Origin: Octopus sinensis
Taxonomy: Eukaryota
Assembly (NCBI RefSeq): GCF_006345805.1
Contig: NC_042998.1
Location: forward strand, 68,696,001-68,760,000
Length of the DNA: 64,000 nt
Reading direction: 5' to 3'
In this document: positions 1 to 12,639 of the stretch, piece after piece
Position numbering within the stretch: position 1 is the stretch's first letter
How the letters are laid out: each line of letters opens with the position of its first letter
Translations under genes and position numbers: made by a program
Notes under the pieces: model-generated
What the model saw: only the letters and a program-made list of their open reading frames with translations
Told to the model about the DNA's origin: nothing
Databases searched by the model: none

Positions 1-229
1 CAGTGGCTTAGCATATTTGAAAAATCCGAAGAATAAAAATTGTGTTACATACAAAATTAAGAGGAATGACCACTAAAGTGGACACCTAATATGCTAAACA
101 TAGATGTCAAATCGCCATTACCACGAAGAGTTTGTTCTCAAGAAAAATCTCAGAAAAACACCAAAATGTAAAAATGAGCAAGACAAATGAAAATATACGT
201 AATAAAAAACGATTACCTACGAGAAATGA

Positions 230-760
230 CCCTATTGCTTCTTTGCCAGGAGTTGAGGTGGGAGTGCCTGATTTCAAACTGTTTGTAGACCAATCAATAC
301 AGGGTAGATTAAAATCTCCCATCATAATTATGTTATTAGAATGGCACTGTTGAATAAAGCATTTAATGTTGTTAAAGCATTCATTAAAGCGCAGTATGGG
401 TGTTTGAGGTGGCCTGTACAGCCCACCTATTATCAGGTTATTGGTTTTGTTGTGAACAGTGACCAATTCACAGTAGCCGTTAGAGAATTTCATATTTCCA
501 TCTGCCGAAAATGAATCATACAGGAAAGTGACAGTTACACCCTTCCTTCTGTCGACTCGATCTGCGCGGATGGTTGTGAAATTCCTCGCTTTCCCTTCGA
601 CTTCCAAGTGAGAGTTGTCAAGGTGGGCCACGGTAAGAATGAAGAAAGTGATGTGGTGTGGATGGTTACCAACCCAATCCTCAACGAATTGGATCTTCCA
701 TTTTTGCGCATTGATGGAAGAATTGATACCTTGTGCATTGAATAGAAATGTAGAGATTAG
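230..760 (-). mobile_element. Non-LTR retrotransposon AP-endonuclease fragment (CR1/L2-like)
   Basis: ORF 107-838 carries APE motifs NAQGI, IRADR, IIGGLYRPP and IIMMGDFNLPCIDW. Confidence 0.85.
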
Positions 761-1808
761 TGTAGTGGCAGGCTTTGACTGTTGTAGGGGGCTTTTTTTA
801 TTGTGCGTTAGTGACAGCAATGTGGGGAGTTGGTGCACAGGGTAATAGCATAGGATGGTATTGAGGGATTGCCAAAAGGTTTTTTTTTTTGTATTTCTTT
901 TGTCAGACTCAAAGCTAATACCACCTGGCTTGACTGTAATGACATCAGTGGATTCAAATAAAGCTTGAAGAGTAGCGGAGAGAGCAGGGTACGCCCTCGT
1001 CCGTGAAAGGATTCATTATAACCGTTGGAAAAAGCATGAAAACAAGATGAGGATACCTATCCGTCCATTATAAATAAAGAAAAGGGTATATTCAATATTA
1101 ACTTAGTATTTAACAAACGACCAGCATTCTATTTTGGCGGCAACAGCATTTCGAGCATTAAATGGTTCAACGACAAACATGATAAACAGTTTGATATTGT
1201 AGAATTCTACGCTTCAATAACGAAAGTTCTCTTATAAGTGAGATAAGCGCATTAGCCGGCGCAGAGTAAGAAGCAAATTGTTAGCAAAGTTGCACAGCAA
1301 GTTAGTTCCACACTCCATTTTGTTTTTGTTAATTTTTTCTAAATTGGTTCCAAAAATACTTTTTGATTAATTCTAAATTACAATCCTTAATAATTATATA
1401 TATAGAACATATATATTATTAAATATGACGTATAATATCATATATGCCATATTATTTTATTATATTTTCAATTCACTCATTTTTTTATATGATTCTAATT
1501 ACTTTATTTTCATTGCATTAAGTGAATTAGATTTTTTAATTTTTGATTTATTCATACTCTTGTTCATACATACATGCCCACAAACACACTTAACACACGC
1601 GCACGCACGCACACACACATTCACACACACACACACACACATATCATGATGATGATGATATGACGGGTTCCCTTGTCGTGACCGACAAATGAGTGTTCAG
1701 TAAAATAAAGCTTTAATCATATTCTATGGACACGAATGTATCTTTTGAGGCCTGGTGATGCCTTGCAAACCTTTTGGAAAATGGAACAAGTTGAGAACGC
1801 AGTTTGCT

Positions 1809-1809
<1 letters not shown>

Positions 1810-1840
<31 letters not shown>

Positions 1841-2135
1841 TGTATGTATGTATGTATGTATGTATGTATGTATGTGTGTGTGTGTATGTGCAGATTTATA
1901 TGTTTTATGTATGTATTCTCATGCATATAGTTGCATATCTAGACATGCTCATATATATTTAAATGATAAACTTCTAGAAAGTTTTACAGATTTTTACAGT
2001 TCCAGTGATGGATTGGATCTGTAGTCTTCGAATTAGCTTTCTCCTTTCTGGTTTTGAGAAGCCTAATTTCTCAAGATTGGTATTTAGGCAGTGTGTTACA
2101 TATCCCAGGGCCCCAATAATTACAGATATAAACCT
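1810..2135 (-). mobile_element. R4/Dong-type RLE LINE 3' end with (CATA)n
   Basis: [49 protein letters not shown] plus a 3' UTR near-identical to the copies at 33.2 kb and 46.8 kb. Confidence 0.85.
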
Positions 2136-2149
2136 ATGTATGTATGCAT

Positions 2150-2660
2150 GCAACTGATAATTTGGAGAGGTGGTGCACAAGACCGCAATGGATGGAGAAA
2201 GATAGTGCATGATGGTTGTTCAAGGTTTGAGAGGGAGAGAGTGAAATATGAGAGAATTAGGAGGGGGCTTTGAAGGGGCGAACCTGTGGAAAGTGAGAGA
2301 GTGTTGCTTTTTATGTGTGTGGTTTGTGGGAGGAGGTGTTTGAGTCGTGCAGGCCTGGTAAGCCATCAAAAATCTCACAGAAATCTACCCATGATAAACA
2401 GTGATGTGGCTATTAAAATTCACAACAGAACATGTGTAAAATGTGAAAAGATGTGCCTCTCAGTTGGATGTCTAAAAAGACATGTTAAGAGAGTGAATAT
2501 GGTGACACCTGTTTCTCCTGCCAGCCAGCACAGTTGTCTAGTATGTAATAAAATGTGTAAAAGCTTGGCTGGGCTTAAAAGTCAAATAAGGGCATTGCAT
2601 GGCAACAATCATGAATCATTTCAGTAAGTCTTCTTGGCAATAGCTTTTCTCGTGTAATGA
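2150..2660 (+). mobile_element. RTE-like LINE 3' end with C2H2-type zinc fingers
   Basis: AQDRNGWRKIVHDGCSRFERER (RTE ORF2 C-terminal pattern) followed by CVVCGRRCLSRAGLVSHQKSH, CVKCEKMC...LKRH and CLVCNKMCKSLAGLKSQ. Confidence 0.7.
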
Positions 2661-2675
2661 GGAGCTGTGATAGCT

Positions 2676-2744
<69 letters not shown>

Positions 2745-3356
2745 CGTGTGTCAATCAATAGATGGATGATTGCGAATACGGTGACCTTAAAGATTGGTCG
2801 AAAGAAATATGAACAGAAAGCTAGAATTCAATAATGGAAAAGACTAGAAAGGTGGAACGAAAGGGAACGCGTGTGAAGGAAAGAATTGAAGAAATAAATT
2901 AAAATAACAGGAAGAGAATCAAGAAAAGTAAGAGGAAAAGGGACAGTAATCTATAGTCGTTAGTGAAAAAGAGGGCGAGAGAGAGAGGAGAAACTGAGAA
3001 AGAAGAAGAGTAAAGGGAAGACGGTTAAGAGAGAAAGAGAAGTAATGAGAGGGAGAGAAAGACAGAAATAGAAGGAACGAAAGGGTTTGAAGATATACAG
3101 AGGTAAAAGGGGAGACAGAATAAGAAAGAGACTATATACAGAGAGTTCTTTTTTTTTACTATTAACAAGTTTGGTTTTCATTCTGTTTTTCTAATACCTT
3201 TTTCTATGCTTTATTTTCTTCATTTGTATTGGTAATGATATCAGGTTTCTTAGCTGAGGTATCGAGCCGTAAAGAAATTGTATTGAACAGCAGTTTGGTT
3301 TAATAGCTTCTTTAAATTAAGTGGGACATGTAATTGTACCGTGTCGATAGTTTCAA

Positions 3357-3397
3357 ATGTCAACCGAATACGATTCAGACGAGACTAACATTTCGGA
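3357..3397 (+). CDS. Possible first coding exon (MSTEYDSDETNISE); speculative
   Basis: tcaaATG context and a GA|GTCAGT donor give the phase 2 that exon A needs. The acidic N-terminus is atypical for a signal peptide, and there is no independent support. Confidence 0.15.
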
Positions 3398-3472
3398 GTC
3401 AGTATGTCAGCTTCGCAACAGCACCCCCACTTACACACACACACACACACACTCTCTCTCTCTCTCTCTCTT

Positions 3473-3514
<42 letters not shown>

Positions 3515-3831
3515 TCACACACACACATGTGTGTGTGTGTACACAGACACATGTGTGTGTGTGTACACAGACACACAAAAGAAATCGATGCTAGATGTGT
3601 CGAAACAATTGTCGGGATTAATGAATTCTCATGTATTCCATCTTCTGTCTTCCATTTATTATACACACACACACACAAACAAACACACGCACATATATAT
3701 ATATGTATATGTGTGTTTGTGAGTGTGTGTATAAACAGACAGATAGGTGTATATATGTATGTGTAGGTATCTGTGTATGCATATATATATGTATATATAT
3801 ATATAGATATATATAGATATATAGACAGACA

Positions 3832-3902
<71 letters not shown>

Positions 3903-3904
3903 GC

Positions 3905-4095
3905 TTTCTTCCAAGGAATCTAATGCGCTTGGCTTAGATTTTCTTTTGGGGTTGGCCAGATCGGAGCAATCTCAAGATAAATCAGCCGAAATTGCGGTTC
4001 TTGACTGAAGATTGAAGGCTTCAAATGTCCCGTCCGTGCTTTTAGAATCGTCTCCTAAATGTTTTACGTTCTTGACCCAGTTTGTATTTTTTTAC
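3905..4095 (+). mobile_element. Dispersed repeat, probably a Penelope-like terminal repeat (second copy at 6520-6700)
   Basis: The two copies share ccaag(g/a)aatctaatgc...gagcaa...cagccgaaatt...gactgaagattgaaggcttc. Classification is inferred. Confidence 0.5.
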
Positions 4096-4168
<73 letters not shown>

Positions 4169-4183
4169 TATATATATATATAT

Positions 4184-4287
4184 AGGTGCAGGAGTAGGTG
4201 TGTGTTAAGTAGCTTGCTTACTAACCACATGGTTCCGATTTCAGTCTCACTGTATGGCACCTTGGGCGAGAGTCTTCTACTATAGCC

Positions 4288-4320
<33 letters not shown>

Positions 4321-4352
4321 TGAGTGTGTGTGTGTTTGTCCCCGCAACATCG
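4184..4352 (+). mobile_element. SINE family S1 (tRNA-type head), partial
   Basis: GG(T/C)GCAGGAGT..GTAGCTTGCTTAC..CCACATGGTTCC..TTCAGTC..GGCACCTTGGGC head. Confidence 0.8.
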
Positions 4353-4492
4353 ATATATATGTATATATATATATATATACGTGTGTGTATGTATATATAT
4401 ATACATATACATGTATATACTTACATATATATATATGTATATGTGTACATATATATCATATATATATAATACATATATATATGTATATGTAT

Positions 4493-4526
<34 letters not shown>

Positions 4527-4546
4527 ATATATTATACTATATACAA

Positions 4547-4581
<35 letters not shown>

Positions 4582-4592
4582 ATTATATATAT

Positions 4593-4636
<44 letters not shown>

Positions 4637-5301
4637 CACGTACATAGTGAATAGCAGAATTTATAGAACAGTTCAATAAAATCAATTGTTGTGAAGGATG
4701 AGTTTCTAATATTTTGGGTCATTGACCTCTGTCGAAGAGCAGGGGAGAGTGAGGGGAAACAGAGAGAGAGAGAGAGAGAGGACGAGAGAGGACGAGAGAG
4801 AGAGAAAGAGAAAGGGGGATGCGAGAAAGGAAGAGAGATGAGTGTAGAGGGATAGATAGCATGATAAATAGAGGGAATGAGAGTGAGAGAGGGTAGTTTT
4901 ATGATCACTTTTGTCTTCTTTCTTTTGCTATGTTTGCTTTTACTTGTTTCAGTCATTGAACTGCGACCATATTGGGGCACCGCCTTGAAAGGTCTAGCTG
5001 AGCAAATACCTATATACTTATGTCTTTAAGACCTGGCACTTATTTTGCCCCTATTCTTTTGCCAAACTCCTAAGTTATGAGGAACTAAAGCCGGTTGTCA
5101 AGTGGCAGTGGATGGAGAGAGGAAAACACAAACGCAATGACACACGCATACATATTCTTATACAACGGGCTTCCACACAGTTTCCATCGATGAAATTTAC
5201 ACACCAGGTATTGGTCGTCCGATCCAGATTGCGGGTTTTTCCTTCACACCTTCTTTTGTCTTTGATAGATGCCGAAATAATTTAGAAATTAATTGAAAAT
5301 T

Positions 5302-5366
<65 letters not shown>

Positions 5367-5924
5367 CACATATACATATACACACAGACACACACACACA
5401 CACACATTTTTATATATACATATATATATTAACTTTTCATTCAAAATGGAGACGGGTAACAATACCTCTACGTGGTACACTTGAACAATTGTGAAGATCT
5501 TTTTACATGAAACCATTGGTTGTTTTGTTAACCCACAAATAAAGCGTGTGTGTGTGTGTGGATGATTATCTTAACATACAGGAGTTCCTTTTATAGGAAT
5601 TACGATTCTTGAAATAAATAAAAATGAATAACAAGAAATAAAACGTTCGTATTTGATGGTCTTCTTTCCAAAACTTAGAAACACCAGATTAAACGGCTCA
5701 AACCCAAAACAGAAATAGGGTCCAAAGGAACATACATTCATAGAAAAGTTTATACAAGAAGTGTTAGCGATAAGTTGACGGTACGAATATATTTAATAGG
5801 TATTTAGTGATATGAAACATATCACGTATGTGCTTAAATTTCATTTAATATGTTATAGGGTTGGGGTAAAATGAGTAATTTCTGATTTTTCTGTTATCTT
5901 TTTTTTTTTTTGAAATTATGGAGA

Positions 5925-6110
5925 CAGGTGCCTTAGACGTTAGAGTGCTACACTCACGATCGTAAGATTGTGGTTTCGACTCCTGGACCGAGCGACGTGT
6001 TGTGTTCTAGAGCAAAGCATTTCAATTCACTTTACTCAAGTCCACTCAACAGGCAAAATGAGTAATCTTGCGATGAACTGGCGTCCCGTCCGGTTGGGGA
6101 ATATATCTGT
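5925..6110 (+). mobile_element. SINE family S3 (CORE-like central domain)
   Basis: CACTCACGATCG...GGTTTCGACTCC...GTTCTAGAGCAAAGCA...TCCACTCAAC...AAAATGAGTAA. Confidence 0.7.
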
Positions 6111-6519
6111 ATATATATATCCCTCTTCCCCCCCTTCTTCCCCCTCTTCTTCCCCCTCTTCCTCCCATCCTCTTTAATTCCTTCTTTCTCTCTCTCTCTT
6201 GGTCATTGCTTCTGTCCTCTGCCTTCCATCCTCTTTAATTCCCTCTCTCTCTGTCTCTCTGTCTCTCTCTCTTATCCTCTTGCAACCTGCTGCTTCACAA
6301 GCCATTCCGTTGGCGATCGCGGCTCCCTCAACATGTGTCCCCTCTGCCGAAAAGGTAATTGTTTCCACGCTTGCTGATGAGTTGTTTTTGTCTCATTTTG
6401 TCTAAAAGTCGTAAGACACCCGCTGTTATCCTGTTTTTAACCATTACTGTTTTCAATTTTGTTTTTCGTTTCTTGTATTTATATTCGTCTCTGTTGCGTT
6501 TACATTCTTTCCTTCTACC

Positions 6520-6700
6520 AAGAAATCTAATGCCCACAGCTTAGTTTTTTCCTTGGGGCTGGCCGAGTTGGAGCAAATATCAGAATTAAACAGCCGAAAT
6601 TTGCCATGATGATTCGGTTTCTGACTGAAGATTGAAGGCTTCGAATAACTCGTCTGTTTTCCGTATTCGTCCCTTCGTGTATTTCACGTTCTTTATATAT
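6520..6700 (+). mobile_element. Second copy of the 3905-4095 repeat
   Basis: Shared blocks as described for 3905-4095. Confidence 0.5.
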
Positions 6701-7516
6701 AAATTTTTATTCCTATATATATATATATATATGCCACGGAAACCGGGAAACCGGCCCTAGATGAATATTTAAAAATTTTTTGGCATTTCTGATCTTCCCA
6801 ATGTCTAAAGATGGATTTTGATGTGTATGACTCCCCCCACCCTTTTTGTGTGTGTAATTCTAGAAAACTGAAGAGGAAAATTTACCTTTTTTGTCTTACT
6901 CATTTTGCCCCGCCCAAGTTTGTTTTCTACATGCTCAAAGAAAACGGTGATAATTTTCTAAAATAATGTTCTGAATATGTAATAGTGTTTTGAATGCATT
7001 AAGAGAAGGTCATTTGCTTAGCTGATATAGTTTCTGTAAGGTAGTGAACATTTGTAAAAAATGTATTTTATTTCAAAGTAAAAAATGCAGGAAATATTAC
7101 TCATTGTGCCCGCCACCGTTTATGTATTTATGGATATTGAATAAAAAAAAGTGCATCAAATAAATGTATATAACTATATGTGTGCGTGTATATATATATA
7201 CATATACATACACAAACACACACACACGTGTCTTTTCACAGATATCAAATTTAAGGAAAGTTTTGATATATGTGTTTGCAGATATCGTATTAAATAGTAT
7301 ATTTGATATATTTGTGCTTACAGCTATCAGAATAAAACATATAATTTATGTGTGTGCGTGCGTATAAATTTATGTGTGAGAGTGTGAGAGAAAGAGAGAG
7401 ACAGAGAGAGACAGAGAGAGAGAGATGGAAAGAGATTGTACAGATAGTTTACAAATACCAAACTGAATGATATTTATGTGTGGTGTATGAAAGATATAGA
7501 ACGAGATAGTAATATA

Positions 7517-7617
<101 letters not shown>

Positions 7618-7640
7618 CATACATACATACATACATACAT

Positions 7641-9520
7641 AGAAAACTTTTCTTTTTCAAACTAATCGCTTTGTAAAAGGCCAATCTTAAGATTCAGAAA
7701 ATAATCCAACAGCTCTAATGTTGAAAGTTATCAACAATGTCACAGAAGAGCACATGGAATCATGTGATTTTAATTATTGGAATATTAATACCCTCATATA
7801 CACAGCTGAAATAACTCTTAAAGAACACCCAGGGGAAGCCTCTTCTTTACATGGTAATGAAAGTACCAAACCGAAACAACCTAGGTGGAAAATAAAATTT
7901 GAAGAAAACAACAACAATTTACGCCGCCATATTGGATGGTTAACAACGATAATAAAATGTAAGAGGAACAATGAGTTTACACCTCATCAGTGACATCTTT
8001 TAAACAAACTAACAAAATTGTATGGTGACTCTTCACAACAAGCTCTTGAGGGGAGTTTAATTACTCTAAAACACGAGAAAAATCAATCTCCCAGACACAA
8101 AATTTGTGCATCAATGGTCTCCCTATCCCTTGGTATTGATAAAAATATATAATACCAAGGTGCTGTGAATAAAGATAGAGTGACTCATGAATATTACACC
8201 AGACTAAGAAAAATATGGCAATCCGAACTTAACAAATGTTTACACTTAACAAATGTTTTGATGGGAATGTTCCACCAGTATTCTTTGTGCTGGTATTTGT
8301 GTACGCATTCAACAACAGGGAGGTTCTCTATATTTATTCCAGGACAGTCTTTTTTCTGAATGGCATTGTAAATTGTTTTTGCAACAACGTCATGTCGCAT
8401 TGGGAGGTAGTACTTTGAAGACATTTTCGGGTAACTGCTAATCACATGTTTGATGTCTTCCACAGCAATATGACAGCCTACATTTTCCCATTTACGGTTG
8501 CAGCTTGGAACTCCAAGGCTTCACTGTCTCTTTTGTTGATTAGGCATTTAGTAGCAATCTCCTGTTCTTGGATTGCAAATGCATAACCTTGTCAGTGTTA
8601 TTATCTTCAAATCTACGACAAAAATACTCATGTTTGGTCTTCTTTTGGTATGCTGAGCGTTTCACTTCCAGGTCTTCTTGAGGTACGCTTGTCCGGCTGA
8701 TTTGGGGTTGTATGGGAGGCCACCAGGAAGGGAGTACATGTAAAATATTGTTTTCTTCACTTTTCAGCACTAAGTTAATGCATTTATTTTTGCTTCTGTT
8801 GTTTAGAAAGTGTTGCCTGAGAGAGACTATGCGACAATTCGAAGGCTGCCTGCACTGATCTCAAGCCCCTTCCTCCTTTATCTCTTCTTCGGTAGAACCT
8901 GATAATATCACTATTTCGGTGTAGATTTCCAGTTGATATTAAAATCTTGCAGGTTTTGATGTCTATGGAGTGGATTTCTTCTACAGACCAGTCAAGTATC
9001 CCAAATGTTGAAATCAGTATGGTATTGCAAATGCATTGTGAGATATTGTCTTGTTGTAAAACGCTCAGCATACCATAAGTGTAAACAAAACAGGCCGGAT
9101 AGTGTTGTTTGAGACAGACAAGAAAAAGTATGTCATCTGTCCGGCTGATGTGAATATCTCTTTGAAAACCAAAGGGAAAGAAAATAACTATAGGCGACTG
9201 CTTCGAAACCGCCAGCTTCTATATCCAGATTACAAATTTACATTTGTACCAGTAATAATTGGAGTGCTTGGCTTTGTAAGTGCTTAGTCATCAGCCTGTT
9301 TTGATTTTCAGTAAAGAAATCAATCAACTGATTCGTACATTACAAATACAATCTGTAAGCGGAGCAGTAAAACTGGGCAAAACTTTTCTCAGGTTTAAAA
9401 TGTGATATTGTTTTCGTTATCTACATTCCAAAGATAGAGCTTTGTGTCTCTGTTAGAAGCCAGATCCTTCTTCAGAGGAAGAATTTAAATGATTGAATAG
9501 AAAAGAGACATACATACATA
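7641..9520 (+). mobile_element. Degenerate R4/Dong-type LINE with internal inversion (about 8237-9075 on the - strand)
   Basis: + strand: KQPRWKIKFEE..LRRHIGWL and YYTRLRKIWQSELN. - strand: FGILDWSVEEIHSIDIK..GGRGL and RHDVVAK..YWWNIPIKT. + strand again: NRPD..CPADVN..YPDYKFTFVPVIIG. (CATA)n lies at both ends. Confidence 0.85.
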
Positions 9521-9589
9521 GACAGAAATAGTTAAATGCTTATATATGTATGTATGTATACATACCTATATAGGCTTGGTGATGCGAAC

Positions 9590-9880
9590 AGGAAAAATAG
9601 AATTCAAGACATGCGAGAATTTACTAAAAAAAACAAAAGACGAAGACGGGTAAGCAACAAACATATGTATTATTTTAACGTACGGGAAGTGAGAAAGTCA
9701 TTTACGTTTCGAGCCTACGCTCTTCGACAGAAAGGAACACAAAAATAAACAGAGAAAGGAAATAGAAAAAGGTATAAGGGCTAGCGATCTGTCATGGCCA
9801 ATGCCGGACAGAAGGGTCACACAGGAGAGTTAGGAAGAAGGGGAGATAATAAAGTAGTGGTGGTCCCAAAACGAAGGTGC
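9590..9880 (-). mobile_element. Penelope-like terminal repeat with HHR-like motif
   Basis: Reverse complement matches the 14350-14520 copy and includes CTGTCGA-A-GAGC-gtag-GCTC-GAAACGTA. Confidence 0.6.
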
Positions 9881-10002
9881 CCGTGCGTGTGTGTGTGAAA
9901 GCGTGTATGTGCGTGTGCGGGCTCAAGGGCGAGAATTTCGTGCGCTAGTTTAAGTACTAATGCAGGAAACCCCGGGCCCTGGAGTTATTCTGTTGTTTCT
10001 GC

Positions 10003-10225
10003 TATAAAAATATATATATATATACAGAGGGTTTTCTTAAATTATTTTTACAACAGAAACTATGCATCGACTAGTTGTGTTCCGTGCAATCAATGGAACG
10101 CATATCGAAATTTTCGGACGTGTCTTATAAAACTTCATTTGTTTACCTATGTTTTCCAATAAACCTTGTTGAGTTATTCTTATTTTGCAATATTTTTCTG
10201 AATTTTTCAAATTGTAAACGTAAGG
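10003..10225 (+). promoter_or_regulatory. Possible TATA box and non-coding 5' exon ending at a GTAAGG donor
   Basis: TATAAAAA at 10003-10010 and a strong donor AAC|GTAAGG at 10220, 241 nt before the exon A acceptor. No in-frame ATG, so this could only be UTR. Confidence 0.2.
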
Positions 10226-10266
10226 TCTGGGTGCCTTTGTAAATTGCAACGGTAATTTCTACCTCT

Positions 10267-10299
10267 GTGTGTGTGTATGTGTGTGTGTGTGTGTGGTGT

Positions 10300-10375
<76 letters not shown>
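10267..10375. repeat. (GT)n upstream of exon A
   Basis: Direct inspection. Confidence 0.97.
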
Positions 10376-10377
<2 letters not shown>

Positions 10378-10460
10378 CATGCGTGTGCGTGTTTACTGAT
10401 ACTATTTACTTCAAACTGAAGTCAGCACTAAATAATAACGAACATTTTACTTGCTTTCAG

Positions 10461-10816
10461 AATAATATTCTCTGTCGTTGGCTTACTTGCTTCTCTCCGT
10501 TGGATTACGGCTTGGGGCAACGTCGACACGAACTCACCAAACGACATCTGCAGGGCTGACTCAGCAGACACCATGTGTCCGTGGAAACATGTTTTCTCAG
10601 ATTTTGCTCAGCGGTTACATTTGATTGAAATGGCTTTTAAAGACCAAGTAGTAGCGCGAGAAGCCATGGCGCAAGAAGTTGTCAACCAATCAGATTTGAA
10701 CGGCGTTCTCGATCAGAAACTCTCTATTTTTATTAACAAAGTTGAAGATTTACATCTACGGATCAACAAAGTGGAGAACAAGTTACTTGACCTTCATGCT
10801 CGGATTAACTCAGACG
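10461..10816 (+). CDS. Exon A of an uncharacterised single-pass membrane protein (hydrophobic leader plus coiled coil)
   Basis: Acceptor ttgctttcag|A at 10460 and donor GACG|GTCAGT at 10817; 356 nt = 1+118 codons+1. Open frame IIFSVVGLLASLRWITAWGNVDTNSPNDICRADSADTMCPW...VLDQKLSIFINKVEDLHLRINKVENKLLDLHARINSD with 4-3 hydrophobic heptads and an NQS sequon. Confidence 0.85.
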
Positions 10817-10822
10817 GTCAGT

Positions 10823-11710
10823 TCATTACTATTTATTCATTATCATTTATTCATTTCTCTTTATTCATTTCATTATCATTTACTCATTGTCATTTATTCA
10901 TTACCATTTATTCATTATCACTTGTTCATTATCCTTACTTTTCATTTATTCATTTTATTTAATCATTATCATTTATTCATTGTCATTTATTCATTATCAT
11001 TTATTCATTATCACTTGTTCATTATCCTTACTTTTCATTTATTCATTTTATTTATTCATTATCATTTATTCATTGTCATTTATTCATTATCATTTACTCA
11101 TTGTCATTTATTCATTATCATTTATTCATTATCACCTGTTCATTATCTTTCATTGTCATTTATTCATTTTTATTTATTCATTATCATTGTCATTTATTCA
11201 TTATCATTTATTCATTATTACTTGTTCATTATCCTTTATTGTCATTTATTCATTTTTATTTATTCAATATCATTTATTCATTGTCATTTATTCATTATTA
11301 TTTACTCATTGTCATTTATTCATTATCATTTATTCATTATCACCTGTCCATTATCTTTCATTGTCATTTATTCATTTTTATTTATTCATTATCATTGTCA
11401 TTTATTCATTATCATTTATTCATTATTACTTGTTCATTATCCTTTATTGTCATTTATTCATTTTTATTTATTCATTATCATTTACTCATTGTCATTTATT
11501 CATTATCATTTATTCATTATTACTTGTTCATTATCCTTCATTATCATTTATTCATTGTGATTATTTATTATCATTTATTCATTATCATCTATTATCATCT
11601 ACTATTTATTCATTATAATTTGTTCATTTTTATTTATTGATTATCATTTATTAAATGTCATTTATACATTACCATTTATTAATTATCATCTGCTTATTAT
11701 CATTCATTGT
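10823..11710. repeat. TCAT-rich minisatellite (TTCATTATCATTTA-like) with about 93- and 208-bp higher-order periods
   Basis: The landmark atcacctg occurs at 11131 and 11339; cttgttcatt occurs at 10921, 11014, 11221 and 11429. Confidence 0.95.
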
Positions 11711-12639
11711 CATATATTATCATTTATTTATTATTGTTTAAACATATTTATTTTATTTGTTATTCAATTATTCCTTACCCATATATTCATCGCCTAATGG
11801 ACACGGGTATTGAACTATTTTCTCAAAGGTCATTAAGTACAAGCCCGCTACTAACATTATTCAGTCTGAATTTCGTTCGCCGTCTGTCTCTGGGTAATAG
11901 ATCTCCGAACAAAGGGGCAAATTGGTAGAGCTGTTAAAGTGTTGGATAGAATATCTCGAAGTAGTTTTTCCAATATCCTGCACTCTAAGTTCAAATATCG
12001 CAACGTTAGCTTTGTCTTTCATCCCTTTTGGAGTCGATACAAAAATGTACCAATCCAGAGGAAGGTAAGATGACGGAACTGTTCTCGTTCTTTATGTTCC
12101 AGCAGCAACGTCCATGATAATACTGGTTTCACTGTGAACCAACCAAAGTCGGCATTCTTTCCATTGGATGAATATTGGTGCCATGGAGATATGCAACTTA
12201 CATATATGGGAAACAGCTAGTTTTCCTCAAAACACTTTACTCAGCCCTTCACTTACATGTACAGATTAAAGGTCACCCTTGACCAAAGGAAGCTCTTTAT
12301 AGTTACCTGATCATTCTAATCCATCTCTAGGCAAATATTCATCTGGATCATCTGGAAATACCATACTGTTGTATCTGGAATTTAATTCTGTAACAACTAA
12401 ATAATTATTGCGTCTATTATATGCTGTTGTATAAATACGCAACTACGACGTTTTGGAAAAAATGCAAAACTTCATGTTGTAAATAACAATCTCTTGATAC
12501 TGTCACATTCTATGGCCAGTTTCCTTATAGTAGTCAGCCATGTCAAAAATGAGTGGAAGGAGAAAGGTAAAGAGATCAAGGATCGCGTGAAAGACTCTTG
12601 TTGAAATATGCACAAATATTAAAATTTAAATGAAAATTT

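Noticed and set aside
2286-2627. Stand-alone C2H2 zinc-finger gene
   Set aside because: Preceded by an RTE ORF2 C-terminal motif, with degenerate His positions; better explained as a LINE tail.
10742-11640. Long hydrophobic ORFs of 179-272 aa (FIHYHLFII...)
   Set aside because: Translations of the TCAT minisatellite, open in all three + frames because the unit lacks stops.
12090-12400. Higher-complexity stretch with short open frames (ELNSRYNSMVFPDDPDEYLPRDGLE on the - strand)
   Set aside because: No consistent splice partner or recognisable domain; probably an old repeat.
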